64,000 bases of DNA. Origin: Synergistales bacterium. Lineage in GTDB: Bacteria; Synergistota; Synergistia; Synergistales; 79-D21. Where the stretch lies: the NCBI GenBank assembly GCA_036722335.1, contig DAIMJI010000001.1:61915-125914 (forward strand). The letters are read 5' to 3'. The position numbers and the translations under genes were made by a program. Below are positions 56,370-64,000 of the stretch, piece by piece; the stretch's first letter is position 1, and each line of letters starts with the position of its first letter. The notes under the pieces were generated by a model. It saw nothing but the letters and a program-made list of their open reading frames with translations, made no database searches and was not told the DNA's origin.

Positions 56370-56819
56370 TTACCTCATGGGCGCGGCGCTTTCGGAGAGG
56401 CAGTCCAGCAATGTGCGGCTCCAATCGAGGAGCAAGTCACGAACTGCCCTATAGGTCTCCAGGCCGTTTCCGAAAGGATCAGGGATATCTGGGAGGGGAA
56501 AGGAGCAAATGCGGGGAGCGTGTTCCGGGTATCGGTCAAGCAAAATCTCGACGTGCCGGCGTGAAATTCCCACAACGTGGTCAGATGCCTTTATCAGCTG
56601 TTCATTGACCTGGCGCGTACGATGCATGGAAATATCGATTCCCACTTCCTTCATCGCCTCGACTGCGAAAGAAGTCGCGGGCAAGTCTTCCAAAGTGAAA
56701 AGTCCTGCCGAGGAAACCTTGCCGGCAATTTCACCCTCTTCGAGAAGGCGCTTGATCAAGCCCTCTGCCATGGGGCTGCGGCAAGTGTTCCCCGTACAGA
56801 CGACCAGGATGCCCCCTAT
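56370..56819 (-). CDS. Low-molecular-weight phosphatase, YwlE-like (protein-arginine/tyrosine phosphatase); start codon non-canonical or unresolved
   Basis: The track ORF (56370..56771) starts at a Met that lies inside the catalytic loop. Manual in-frame translation upstream gives IGGILVVCTGNTCRSP-MAEGL, i.e. the CX5R(S) P-loop, and the DPFG general-acid motif lies downstream. No ATG, GTG or TTG exists in frame between the upstream stop (56921) and 56771. The 5' end given here (ATA at 56819) is a guess. Confidence 0.75.
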   Translation of the reverse strand: MGGILVVCTGNTCRSPMAEGLIKRLLEEGEIAGKVSSAGLFTLEDLPATSFAVEAMKEVGIDISMHRTRQVNEQLIKASDHVVGISRRHVEILLDRYPEHAPRICSFPLPDIPDPFGNGLETYRAVRDLLLDWSRTLLDCLSESAAPMR

Positions 56820-56836
56820 CGGGGTTCTCTTGGCGG

Positions 56837-57295
56837 TCAGGCAAACGATGGCGGTTCCTCCTCCATCATGATGCGCTCGAGTAGGTCGGCACGATTCACC
56901 ACTCCGACAAGGATTCCATCACGGACCACCGGCGCCCTTTTAAGGTGGTTCCTTATCAGGGTGATGGCCACGTAGAAATCGCTGTCCTCCTCGGAAAAGC
57001 TGACAACGTCCTTGGCCATGACCTTGCTTATGGGATCCTTCCCGATTTTCTTCAGCCTTTTCTGGAATTGTCCGTAGTCAGGTATAAACGAGGGATCCTG
57101 AAGGTAATCGAAATACCCCGGGAGAGCCGCCTTCACGATATCCTTTTCACTGACAAAACCCTGCACACGCCCGGAGGGGTCGACTACCGGGATCCCCGAA
57201 ACCCTGTGCCTAGTCAGGACCTCGATTGCCTCCGACAGGCTTGTGTCAGGAGAAAGAGCGGTAAGGTCCCGATCCATCACTTCGCAAATCCTCAT
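56837..57295 (-). CDS. CBS domain pair protein
   Basis: 152 aa with two CBS motifs (HRVSGIPVVDPSGRVQGFVSEKDI; LKRAPVVRDGILVGVVNRADLL). Confidence 0.85.
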   Translation of the reverse strand: MRICEVMDRDLTALSPDTSLSEAIEVLTRHRVSGIPVVDPSGRVQGFVSEKDIVKAALPGYFDYLQDPSFIPDYGQFQKRLKKIGKDPISKVMAKDVVSFSEEDSDFYVAITLIRNHLKRAPVVRDGILVGVVNRADLLERIMMEEEPPSFA

Positions 57296-57310
57296 GCCCC
57301 TCTCCCCCTT

Positions 57311-58243
57311 TTATGAGAGTTTCTCGAGACGGACGCGCGGGATGAGCTTTTCCACCGATGCCCTGTCCCTGACGCCTTTTTCAACGTGAAGAGCGTTTTC
57401 GAGAGCGGCAGCCATTCCAAACAGAATTCTTTCCCTCGTCTCCATCCCTTCCTGCCCTGAAAGAATCAAGCCCGCCACGAGGGATTCTCCCGATCCGAAC
57501 ATCGAGACAATGCCCTTGCGATCGAACTCGGCCAGGAATATTCCATCTGGAGTGAAAAAGACGTTCCCGTAAGTCCTGTACGAGGCGATGACCCATTCGA
57601 CTCCAAGCCCGTGTACCCTCGTAACGGCTTCTATCAGGTTATCGAGGCTGTTCAGGGTGACCCCCTCGTAGGTTGCCATGAAGCGCTGGTCCACCTTGGC
57701 ATATGTCGGGCCTTCGTCCAGCGCCGCCAGAAGCGGTGCCCCTGCGGCGTCTATGAAGGTGGGGATTTCCCTGTGCCTTGCAAGACGGATCATTTCCGAG
57801 TAGAAATCCTGGGGGATGCCGGGAGGAAGGGATCCTCCCAGCACCACCAGGCTTGCCCTCTTCAGGATGCGTTCGTAATTGGAAACAAACCGCGCGATCT
57901 CGTCTTCCTTTATGTAGGGACCGGGTTCTGCAAGCCCGGTTTCCACCCTTCCGACCTCATCGACAATGTAGACGTTGGTCCGGGTCTCTCCCCTAACGTG
58001 GAGGAAATTCGTGGTTATCTGGGCCTTTCTCAGGACATCCCTGATATACTCCCCGCTAAAGCCGGCGAGAAATCCCATGGCAGCAGTTTCCTGCCCCAGT
58101 TGCTTCAGGACAAGCGAAACATTGATGCCTTTTCCCCCGGGGGAACGCTGGACCTTGCTCGCTCGGAACCATCCCCCTGGGCGGAATTCCGGAACGATAT
58201 ACTCCTCGTCGACTGCAGGGTTCAAGGTTACGGTGACGATCAA
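57311..58243 (-). CDS. PfkB-family hexose-phosphate kinase (1-phosphofructokinase / tagatose-6-phosphate kinase type)
   Basis: N-terminal MIVTVTLNPAVD, GGKGINVS, and the C-terminal GSGESLVAG anion-hole region. Confidence 0.85.
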   Translation of the reverse strand: MIVTVTLNPAVDEEYIVPEFRPGGWFRASKVQRSPGGKGINVSLVLKQLGQETAAMGFLAGFSGEYIRDVLRKAQITTNFLHVRGETRTNVYIVDEVGRVETGLAEPGPYIKEDEIARFVSNYERILKRASLVVLGGSLPPGIPQDFYSEMIRLARHREIPTFIDAAGAPLLAALDEGPTYAKVDQRFMATYEGVTLNSLDNLIEAVTRVHGLGVEWVIASYRTYGNVFFTPDGIFLAEFDRKGIVSMFGSGESLVAGLILSGQEGMETRERILFGMAAALENALHVEKGVRDRASVEKLIPRVRLEKLS

Positions 58244-58273
58244 GGAGATTTCCCCCTTCCCGCTGTATAGGGC

Positions 58274-59464
58274 CTAGAGGCCCTGAAGTTCCGCCGCTGA
58301 GGAAATGTCGAGCCGCTTGACGACCGTTCCTTTCCTTATTTTCAGGGCACAGGGCAAAGACAGGACCTGCAGTTTTTCCGCCATCCTGGAGTTCTTGTAG
58401 GCATCGACCAGAACGGTGCCCTTCCATTGATCCCCCGTCTCCAATTCTCCCGCCATCCTTACCTGTGCTTCGTCGACACTTGAATAGAAAACGGCAGTCA
58501 CTTCTTCAGGTTCAAGGAGTTTCCCCTCGAGGTGCACCTGTTCCGAAATATAGGCATAGGCAGCCATCGCGGCGGTCGCGCCATCTCCCGCTGCCGTAAC
58601 GACCTGCCTCAAGTATTTCTCGATAAGGTCTCCCGCGGCGAAAACACCCTCTATGGAGGTCTCCATCCGCTCGTTTACCTTTATCCATCCTCCCTTTGCC
58701 GTTTTCAGGATCCCGGAATCGATTACGGGTTTCAGGAAACCGACGTTGGGCTCGTTGCCGATGAAAACGAACACGCCAGAAACGGGAAGCTCGGTCAGTT
58801 CTCCCGTCTTGACGTTCTTCAGCGAGAGGCTTTCCACCATATCAGTCCCGCAAATTTCCTCAACCACCGTGTCCCAGATCGGCTGTACCTTTGGGTTGGC
58901 CAGGGCTCTTTCCACCGCGATCTTGTCCGCACGGAAGGAGTCCCTCCGGTGGATGATAAAGACTTTCGAGGCAAACTGGGTCAGGTATACCCCCTCTTCC
59001 ACTGCGGTATTCCCTCCGCCGATCACCGCGACTTCCTGTTCCTCGAAAAATGCCCCGTCACAGACAGCGCAGTAGCTCACTCCCCTGCCCGTGAACTCCG
59101 CTTCTCCGGGACATCCCTGCTTCTTGAAACTGGCCCCCATTGCCAGGAGAATCGCCGAGGCTTCAATTGATCCCTTGTCCGTTACGACGATTTTCTTGCC
59201 TTCCTTGAATTCGATGCCCTGTACTTCCGTTTCCCGGAATTCCGGCTTGAACTTTTCAGCATGCTCCCTGAACGTTTCCGCAAGTTCCTGGCCACTTGCG
59301 TGCTGGACGCCCGGCCAGTTTTCTATTTCGTCAGTCGTGTTGATCTGCCCTCCAGGAAGTCCTTTTTCCAGGATAAGCACATCGAGTCCGGATCTTCTTC
59401 CGTAAATCGCTGCAGTCAGGCCGGCAGGCCCCGCGCCGATGATGACCAGTTCCCTCTTTTCCAT
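58274..59464 (-). CDS. trxB: Thioredoxin-disulfide reductase (TrxB) with a roughly 90-aa C-terminal extension
   Basis: FAD motif VIIGAGPAGLTAAIYG, redox-active CAVCDG, NADPH motif VIGGGNTAVEEG, and GVFAAGD. An extra C-terminal segment follows the normal TrxB end. Start taken at ATG 59464 (MEKRELVIIG). Confidence 0.9.
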   Translation of the reverse strand: MEKRELVIIGAGPAGLTAAIYGRRSGLDVLILEKGLPGGQINTTDEIENWPGVQHASGQELAETFREHAEKFKPEFRETEVQGIEFKEGKKIVVTDKGSIEASAILLAMGASFKKQGCPGEAEFTGRGVSYCAVCDGAFFEEQEVAVIGGGNTAVEEGVYLTQFASKVFIIHRRDSFRADKIAVERALANPKVQPIWDTVVEEICGTDMVESLSLKNVKTGELTELPVSGVFVFIGNEPNVGFLKPVIDSGILKTAKGGWIKVNERMETSIEGVFAAGDLIEKYLRQVVTAAGDGATAAMAAYAYISEQVHLEGKLLEPEEVTAVFYSSVDEAQVRMAGELETGDQWKGTVLVDAYKNSRMAEKLQVLSLPCALKIRKGTVVKRLDISSAAELQGL

Positions 59465-59529
59465 CCGAATTTCGCCTCCCCGAAGAATACGGCCGATCAT
59501 GGCCCGTCTTTTCTTATTCTAAGCAAATC

Positions 59530-60372
59530 CTAACGCTGACGCCAGACGACAATACGGTCGGTTCCCGCCAAGTCTTTCCTAACCCTGACCAGTTCCAGCC
59601 CTTCCGTTTCCAGGGCTGCAAGGCTCGCGACCTGCTCAGGGCCGCCGATCTCGAGAAGAAGATACCCGTCCTTTGCCAGGAAGTCTCCCGCCCTGGAAAG
59701 GATCTGCCGGACATCCTGAAGCCCATCATGCCCCCCGTCAAGGGCCTCTAAAGGTTCGTAATGCCTGACATCAGGCATCAGGGTTCCCATATCGCGGGAA
59801 GGGATATAGGGCGGGTTCCCCACGATCAGGTCGAATGGGGTCCATTCCGAGGGAATCGATCCGAGACCGGAACCGTGCCACAGGAGGGCTCGATCGAAGA
59901 GCGACATAAGTTTAAGGTTTCTCCAGGCCCACCGAATGGCTGAAGGGCTCTTTTCCAGCATGAGGCAACTCGAATCCGGCCTCTCCCCCAGGATTGACAG
60001 GCCGACGCACCCGCTGCCGGTTCCCCAGTCCAGGAAACGTCCGCGTGTGAACAAACCAAGGGCCTCTTCAACAAGCAGTTCCGTTTCGGGCCTGGGGACC
60101 AGGCAGCCGGGCCCGACAACGAAATCCATCCCCCAGAAAGAAACCCGTCCTCTGATGTAGGCCATGGGTTTCCTGGATTCCCTTGCCTCGGCAAGGGAAA
60201 GAAGACTCGTTTCCTCCTCGGGGGTTACGTTTTCGTCAAGGTGTGCCCTCAGGGCCTCCCTTGAGCACCCGAAAGCCTCCATGCAGAGAAGGTCCGCTTC
60301 CAGGGAGAGGCTCTCAAGCCCAAGCTTTTTCAGCTTTTCGATGACGACAAGCCTGGCTTCACTTCGGTTCAT
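59530..60372 (-). CDS. prmC: Release factor glutamine methyltransferase PrmC (HemK)
   Basis: SAM-binding DWGTGSGCVG and catalytic NPPY (VGNPPYI). It lies immediately downstream of prfA. Confidence 0.93.
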   Translation of the reverse strand: MNRSEARLVVIEKLKKLGLESLSLEADLLCMEAFGCSREALRAHLDENVTPEEETSLLSLAEARESRKPMAYIRGRVSFWGMDFVVGPGCLVPRPETELLVEEALGLFTRGRFLDWGTGSGCVGLSILGERPDSSCLMLEKSPSAIRWAWRNLKLMSLFDRALLWHGSGLGSIPSEWTPFDLIVGNPPYIPSRDMGTLMPDVRHYEPLEALDGGHDGLQDVRQILSRAGDFLAKDGYLLLEIGGPEQVASLAALETEGLELVRVRKDLAGTDRIVVWRQR

Positions 60373-60387
60373 CAGCCAGGTTACCTT

Positions 60388-61461
60388 CTAGCTTTCAAGG
60401 TTCTTCAGCTTCTCCGCCTGGTCCGCGAGGTTTAAGGCATCGATCAGTTCCCTTAGATCTCCATCCATCACCTGGTCCAGCTTGTAGAGCGTCAGACCGA
60501 TCCTGTGGTCGGTCAGCCGGTTTTGCGGGAAGTTGTATGTCCTTATCCTCTCCGAGCGATCCGCCGTGCCGATTTGCCCCCTGCGCTCGGAAGCCAGCGC
60601 TTCCTGCTGCTTTTGGAGTTCGCTGTCATAGAGTTTGGCCCGAAGCATAGTCATCGCCTTAACCCTGTTTTTGAGCTGGGAACGTTCATCCTGGCAGGAA
60701 ACGACCACTCCGCTCGGTATATGAGTAATCCGGACTGCCGAATCCGTCATGTTCACATACTGCCCCCCAGCCCCGCTTGCCCTGTAGGTGTCGATCTTGA
60801 GGTCTTCGGTGTTAATCTGTACGTCCACTTCGTCCGCTTCCGGCAGCACGGCCACCGTTGCCGTCGAGGTGTGAATCCGGCCGCTCGCTTCCGTTAGGGG
60901 AACCCGTTGGACCCGATGGACACCGCTTTCGTATTTCAGCTGGCTGTAGGCCCCTTCGTTCGGGATCCGGAAGGCGACTTCCTTGAAGCCCCCGATCCCC
61001 GTTTCGTTCATCGTCATCAGTTCGGTGCTCCAGCCCTGGCGTTCCGCGAACCTCACGTACATCCTGTAAAGGTTGGCCGCAAAGAGGGCTGCTTCCTCTC
61101 CACCCGCACCGCCCCTTATTTCAACGATGACGCTCCTGTCGTCGTTCGGGTCCTTGGGAATGAGGAGCACCCCAATTTGGTTCTCAAGGTCCGATATGAC
61201 GTTTTCAAGGCGGCCGATCTCCTCCCTGGCCATCTCCTTCATCTCACTATCGTCCGTATCGAAAATCTCCCGGGCTCCCTTGAGGTCCACCAGGGCAGCC
61301 TGGTAAAGCCGCCACGCGTCAACAATCGGCGCCAAGTCGGAGTGTTTTTTCGCGGTCCTCTGCAGCTCATGCGGATTTCCAACGACCTCCGGAAGAGTCA
61401 GTAGCCTTTCAAGTTCAACATAGGTCTTTTCCACATCTTCAAGTTTTCTGCCGAAATCCAT
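60388..61461 (-). CDS. prfA: Peptide chain release factor 1
   Basis: GGQ motif ([19 protein letters not shown]) and an RF1-type PxT tripeptide context ([17 protein letters not shown]). Confidence 0.97.
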   Translation of the reverse strand: MDFGRKLEDVEKTYVELERLLTLPEVVGNPHELQRTAKKHSDLAPIVDAWRLYQAALVDLKGAREIFDTDDSEMKEMAREEIGRLENVISDLENQIGVLLIPKDPNDDRSVIVEIRGGAGGEEAALFAANLYRMYVRFAERQGWSTELMTMNETGIGGFKEVAFRIPNEGAYSQLKYESGVHRVQRVPLTEASGRIHTSTATVAVLPEADEVDVQINTEDLKIDTYRASGAGGQYVNMTDSAVRITHIPSGVVVSCQDERSQLKNRVKAMTMLRAKLYDSELQKQQEALASERRGQIGTADRSERIRTYNFPQNRLTDHRIGLTLYKLDQVMDGDLRELIDALNLADQAEKLKNLES

Positions 61462-61464
61462 AAA

Positions 61465-62388
61465 CTATCCCTCCAAGGCACCCTGGACAGGTGCCGTTTC
61501 CGTCTTGACATCGAGTGCAAGCTCAAGGGCCCGGACTGCGACCCGAAGCTGGCTTTCGTCCGGCTCCCGGGTCGTCAGGTACTGGAGCCACAATGTGGGG
61601 CACATGATCCATTTGCCGGCTCTAGGGAATCGTGAGGCCGCCCTGATGATTTCGTATGAAATTCCCACCACAAAGGGCAGGAGGAGAATACGGCTGCCGA
61701 CGCGCCACCACAAGGTGCCGTCCCCGGCCAGCGAGAAGACCACGATGCTGACACCAACGACAACTAGGAGGAAGGAGGTTCCGCAACGCGTGTGGAAACG
61801 TGAAAATCCCTTAAGGGATCCCATGTCATCCAGGGGCAAGCCTGACTCGTAGGCGTTGATCGTCTTGTGCTCGGCCCCGTGATACTCGAAAACTCGCCGC
61901 ATATCCTTCCACATCCCGATGATCCCGATATAGGCGACAAAGACTGCTGCCCGGAAAAACCCTTCTATGGAACGCCCCCCCCACGTCTTTCCCCAGTCCG
62001 GCCCAACGATCCTGTCAGTCATCCAGACCGGGAAAGCCACGAAAAGCCCCGCGACAAGAAGGAGGGCAATGACAACCGTCAAGACCATCTCCCACCATGA
62101 AACCTTTTCTTCCTGTCCAAGGGAGACCTCCGCGGAAAGGCTCAGGGCCCTAAAACCAACGACCATCATTTCCGCCATCGTGGCAAGCCCTCGCAAAACG
62201 GGGTATTTCCAGACACCTACCGAAGCCCATGGCCGATTGGGCCAAACCTTCTCGAAAAGAGTGCCCGCCTCTTCCCTCACGGCAAGGCCCCAGCTTGCCG
62301 GGCCACGCATCAGGACCCCCTCTATCACGGCCTGCCCCCCCACCGGGAGTTTCTCAGGCTCAAGGGCAAGAAAGGAAAGGGAAGCCAC
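61465..62388 (-). CDS. DUF1385 family membrane protein
   Basis: VGGQAVIEGVLMRG near the N-terminus, EYHGAEHKTINAYE, and several TM helices. I moved the start to GTG 62388, the first canonical start after the thyX stop. The track start at 62637 overlaps thyX by 221 nt. Confidence 0.78.
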   Translation of the reverse strand: MASLSFLALEPEKLPVGGQAVIEGVLMRGPASWGLAVREEAGTLFEKVWPNRPWASVGVWKYPVLRGLATMAEMMVVGFRALSLSAEVSLGQEEKVSWWEMVLTVVIALLLVAGLFVAFPVWMTDRIVGPDWGKTWGGRSIEGFFRAAVFVAYIGIIGMWKDMRRVFEYHGAEHKTINAYESGLPLDDMGSLKGFSRFHTRCGTSFLLVVVGVSIVVFSLAGDGTLWWRVGSRILLLPFVVGISYEIIRAASRFPRAGKWIMCPTLWLQYLTTREPDESQLRVAVRALELALDVKTETAPVQGALEG

Positions 62389-62416
62389 GTCTTTGAAGAT
62401 TCGCGACAGGCGGGTT

Positions 62417-63112
62417 CTAGTGGGCAGCAAGGAGGTCCTCCAGCCCTGAATAGGGGGCACCACAAGGTTTTGCTTCTGAGCAGACACCCTCGGTAACGCA
62501 GGACGGGCCGGCTTTTGCGAAAAGGGCAGGGGCTTTTTCCCTGGAAAGCAAAAGCATCTGCCTGGCGACGTCCCTGATTTCCCACTGGGCCCTCTTGCAT
62601 AGCCTAAGAGCGAAAAAATGCAGGAGTTCCCTGGCATTCATCGTCACCACCAGGTGCGTCTCGCAGGCGTTGGGCAGGACAAACCTCGCATCCTCCTGCG
62701 GAATACCCAGATCCAGGAGGGATGCGTAAGCTTCATAGGATTTCTCCATGGCCTCCTTGAATAGGCCGCTCGCTTCGGGTAAGGACTCGATCGTGCCTGG
62801 AACGACATATTCCGGCCTGTCCGCCCTGACGTAGCGTTGGCTCTGCTGGCTGAAGCTGGCTATCCTGTGCCGCACCAGCTGGTGCGAACATGCCCGGCTA
62901 ATGCCATCGACGGCAAAAACGAAGGATGCGTGCTCGAAAGGGGAAAGGTGTCCGCTTCGCCTAAGGTGCTTCAAAAGGCGCTCGGCCTCCTCAGCGGTCA
63001 CTTCCCCCGCAAGGTCCGCAGCCGAACCCGGGCTGTAGCAAAGACGGGCCGCAGCTGCGACAAGCCTGTCGGGTTCCGGCGTAGATGAAATGAGTCTAAC
63101 CAGGGCAGCCAT
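62417..63112 (-). CDS. thyX: FAD-dependent thymidylate synthase ThyX
   Basis: ThyX signature RHRIASFSQQSQRY (RHRxxSxxxxSxR). Confidence 0.95.
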   Translation of the reverse strand: MAALVRLISSTPEPDRLVAAAARLCYSPGSAADLAGEVTAEEAERLLKHLRRSGHLSPFEHASFVFAVDGISRACSHQLVRHRIASFSQQSQRYVRADRPEYVVPGTIESLPEASGLFKEAMEKSYEAYASLLDLGIPQEDARFVLPNACETHLVVTMNARELLHFFALRLCKRAQWEIRDVARQMLLLSREKAPALFAKAGPSCVTEGVCSEAKPCGAPYSGLEDLLAAH

Positions 63113-63141
63113 GTTATTCCTACCCCCCCGTTAAATTGTTA

Positions 63142-63167
63142 TAAAAAAAGGGAGCTTGCGCTCCCCC
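63142..63167 (-). terminator. Rho-independent terminator downstream of rpmE
   Basis: Minus-strand stem GGGAGC/GCUCCC with loop GCAA, followed by U7 (plus-strand A-run 63143-63149). Confidence 0.75.
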
Positions 63168-63404
63168 CTAGTTCTCTTCTGTTTCTTTCCTCTGGCCGTA
63201 ATCCATCCCGGCGTATTTCTTCTGGAATTTTTCCAGCCGGCCGGCTTCTGAAACTACGCGCCCTTTCTTTCCCGTGTAGAAGGGATGACAGGCGTTGCAG
63301 ACCACAACCTTTAGTTCTTTGCTCGTTGAGCGGGTTTCGAAAGTATTGCCGCAAGCACAAACAACTTTGCAATCTTCATAACGCGGATGGATATCCTTTT
63401 TCAT
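63168..63404 (-). CDS. rpmE: 50S ribosomal protein L31 (Zn-ribbon type)
   Basis: MKKDIHPRY...[12 protein letters not shown]...[11 protein letters not shown], with two Cys pairs. Confidence 0.96.
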   Translation of the reverse strand: MKKDIHPRYEDCKVVCACGNTFETRSTSKELKVVVCNACHPFYTGKKGRVVSEAGRLEKFQKKYAGMDYGQRKETEEN

Positions 63405-63452
63405 GATGGTGCACCTCCATAGGAACTTTTCTCAGATCACACACAGAAGCAA

Positions 63453-63481
63453 ACTTTAGCACAGACGGTGTCTCATGACAA
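63453..63481 (-). promoter_or_regulatory. Sigma-70-type promoter for rpmE
   Basis: The minus strand reads TTGTCA (63481-63476), 17 nt of spacer, then TAAAGT (63458-63453), in the 84-nt gap between the HutP-family gene and rpmE. Confidence 0.45.
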
Positions 63482-63488
63482 GAGAGTT

Positions 63489-64000
63489 TCAGATATGCAT
63501 GACCCCCAGGCCGCATCTCTCATGATGGGCGACCGCATGATAGGCCGTGTCGCCGACCATGGACACCGCGATCCAGCTCGAATTCCTGACAATCGCAAGC
63601 TTTGCGCCTATGCTCGCTTCAAGTGTCCCAAGCGAAATGAATCCGTTGATCGCTTCAAGTGCCGCGTGCATCAGGGCGTGCATTTCCCGAGGCTTCTTGT
63701 CCACTACGCCGGCATTGAGCGCCGCCCCGACAAGGGCTCGCGTGATCTTTTGGGGTAGATCACTTGCCACTCCCCCCACTTCTGTAGCCACAGCTTTCCA
63801 GCCTTCACCCACCAGGCAGGATTTCAACTCCTCTTCCGAATTTTTATCGGTTGTACAGGAAAGCAGCAGGGCTGCACGGCCAACCTGGCTTTCCTCCGTG
63901 AACCTTAGCCTGACATTGAGCTCGAAACCGCCAGGGTGCCGCTCGTGTCCTCTTTGCGTTTCTTCCCTCGTCCGTTGAGTCTCCTCCGGGGTGGGGACCG
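63489..64000 (-). CDS. HutP-family RNA-binding antiterminator-like protein (5' end outside the window or non-canonical)
   Basis: The C-terminal part (MHALMHAALEAINGF...WIAVSMVGDTAYHAVAHHERCGLGVMHI) parallels B. subtilis HutP as I recall it (SHALYHATMEALHGV...WIAVSLYGTIG...HETFGVGINHI). The same frame stays open to nt 64000 and encodes VGRAALLLSCTTDKNSEEELKSCLVGEGWKAV, which parallels IGRLSVLLLLNEAE...ERDGWKV. The protein therefore starts upstream of the track TTG at 63827. Confidence 0.72.
   Translation of the reverse strand, partial: VPTPEETQRTREETQRGHERHPGGFELNVRLRFTEESQVGRAALLLSCTTDKNSEEELKSCLVGEGWKAVATEVGGVASDLPQKITRALVGAALNAGVVDKKPREMHALMHAALEAINGFISLGTLEASIGAKLAIVRNSSWIAVSMVGDTAYHAVAHHERCGLGVMHI

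Noticed and set aside
56837-56870. Programmed frameshift fusing the CBS protein to the phosphatase
   Set aside because: The junction (UUU GCC UGA) has no X XXY YYZ slippery heptamer and no obvious downstream stimulatory structure. A non-canonical start or a sequencing indel is more parsimonious.
1-64000. CRISPR arrays, transposases, insertion sequences, prophage or toxin-antitoxin modules
   Set aside because: No regularly spaced direct repeats, no terminal inverted repeats flanking an ORF, and no ORF with transposase, integrase or toxin hallmarks were seen. The window reads as conserved core genome.

Overview
The window is a 64-kb core-genome block from a visibly GC-rich bacterium (GC content not computed). 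Almost every gene is on the minus strand. Gene content looks Firmicutes/Synergistota-like; this is an inference, not a search result.

Gene order from right to left on the minus strand:
- a HutP-family protein (5' end off the window), rpmE, thyX, a DUF1385 protein, prfA, prmC
- trxB with an extra C-terminal domain, a PfkB kinase, a CBS protein, a YwlE-like low-molecular-weight phosphatase, an M48 protease
- dnaX, dnaE, a TRAP (MtrB) homolog, pyk, a Nudix hydrolase, nfo
- cdaA, cdaR, glmM, galU, the glmS ribozyme, glmS
- a three-gene plus-strand island: a Fur-family regulator and two uncharacterised envelope proteins
- tRNA-Gly(CCC)
- a nine-gene Enterococcus-type V-ATPase operon, a gamma-carbonic-anhydrase-like protein, RNase P RNA
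- a complete dcw cluster (mraZ, rsmH, ftsL, ftsI, murE, murF, mraY, murD, ftsW, murG, murC, murB, ftsQ, ftsA, ftsZ)
- a radical SAM protein, a SPOR protein
- a molybdenum-cofactor operon (two moeA genes, moaA, moaC, mogA/moaB)
- rapZ, yvcK, whiA, and the first 51 codons of a glycogen-debranching-type enzyme

Three RNA elements are absent from the ORF track and were found by reading the sequence: RNase P RNA, tRNA-Gly and the glmS ribozyme. I saw no CRISPR array, transposase, integrase or prophage gene.

The items most worth follow-up are:
- TRAP and HutP homologs, both ring-shaped NAG-triplet RNA-binding regulators, sitting in non-canonical contexts
- the Fur-linked operon of two unknown envelope proteins
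- a phosphatase whose catalytic motif lies upstream of any canonical start codon
- operator-like repeats at the V-ATPase, fur and mraZ promoters

None of these is proven to be a new system. All homology statements come from motif recognition and remembered reference sequences, not from database searches.
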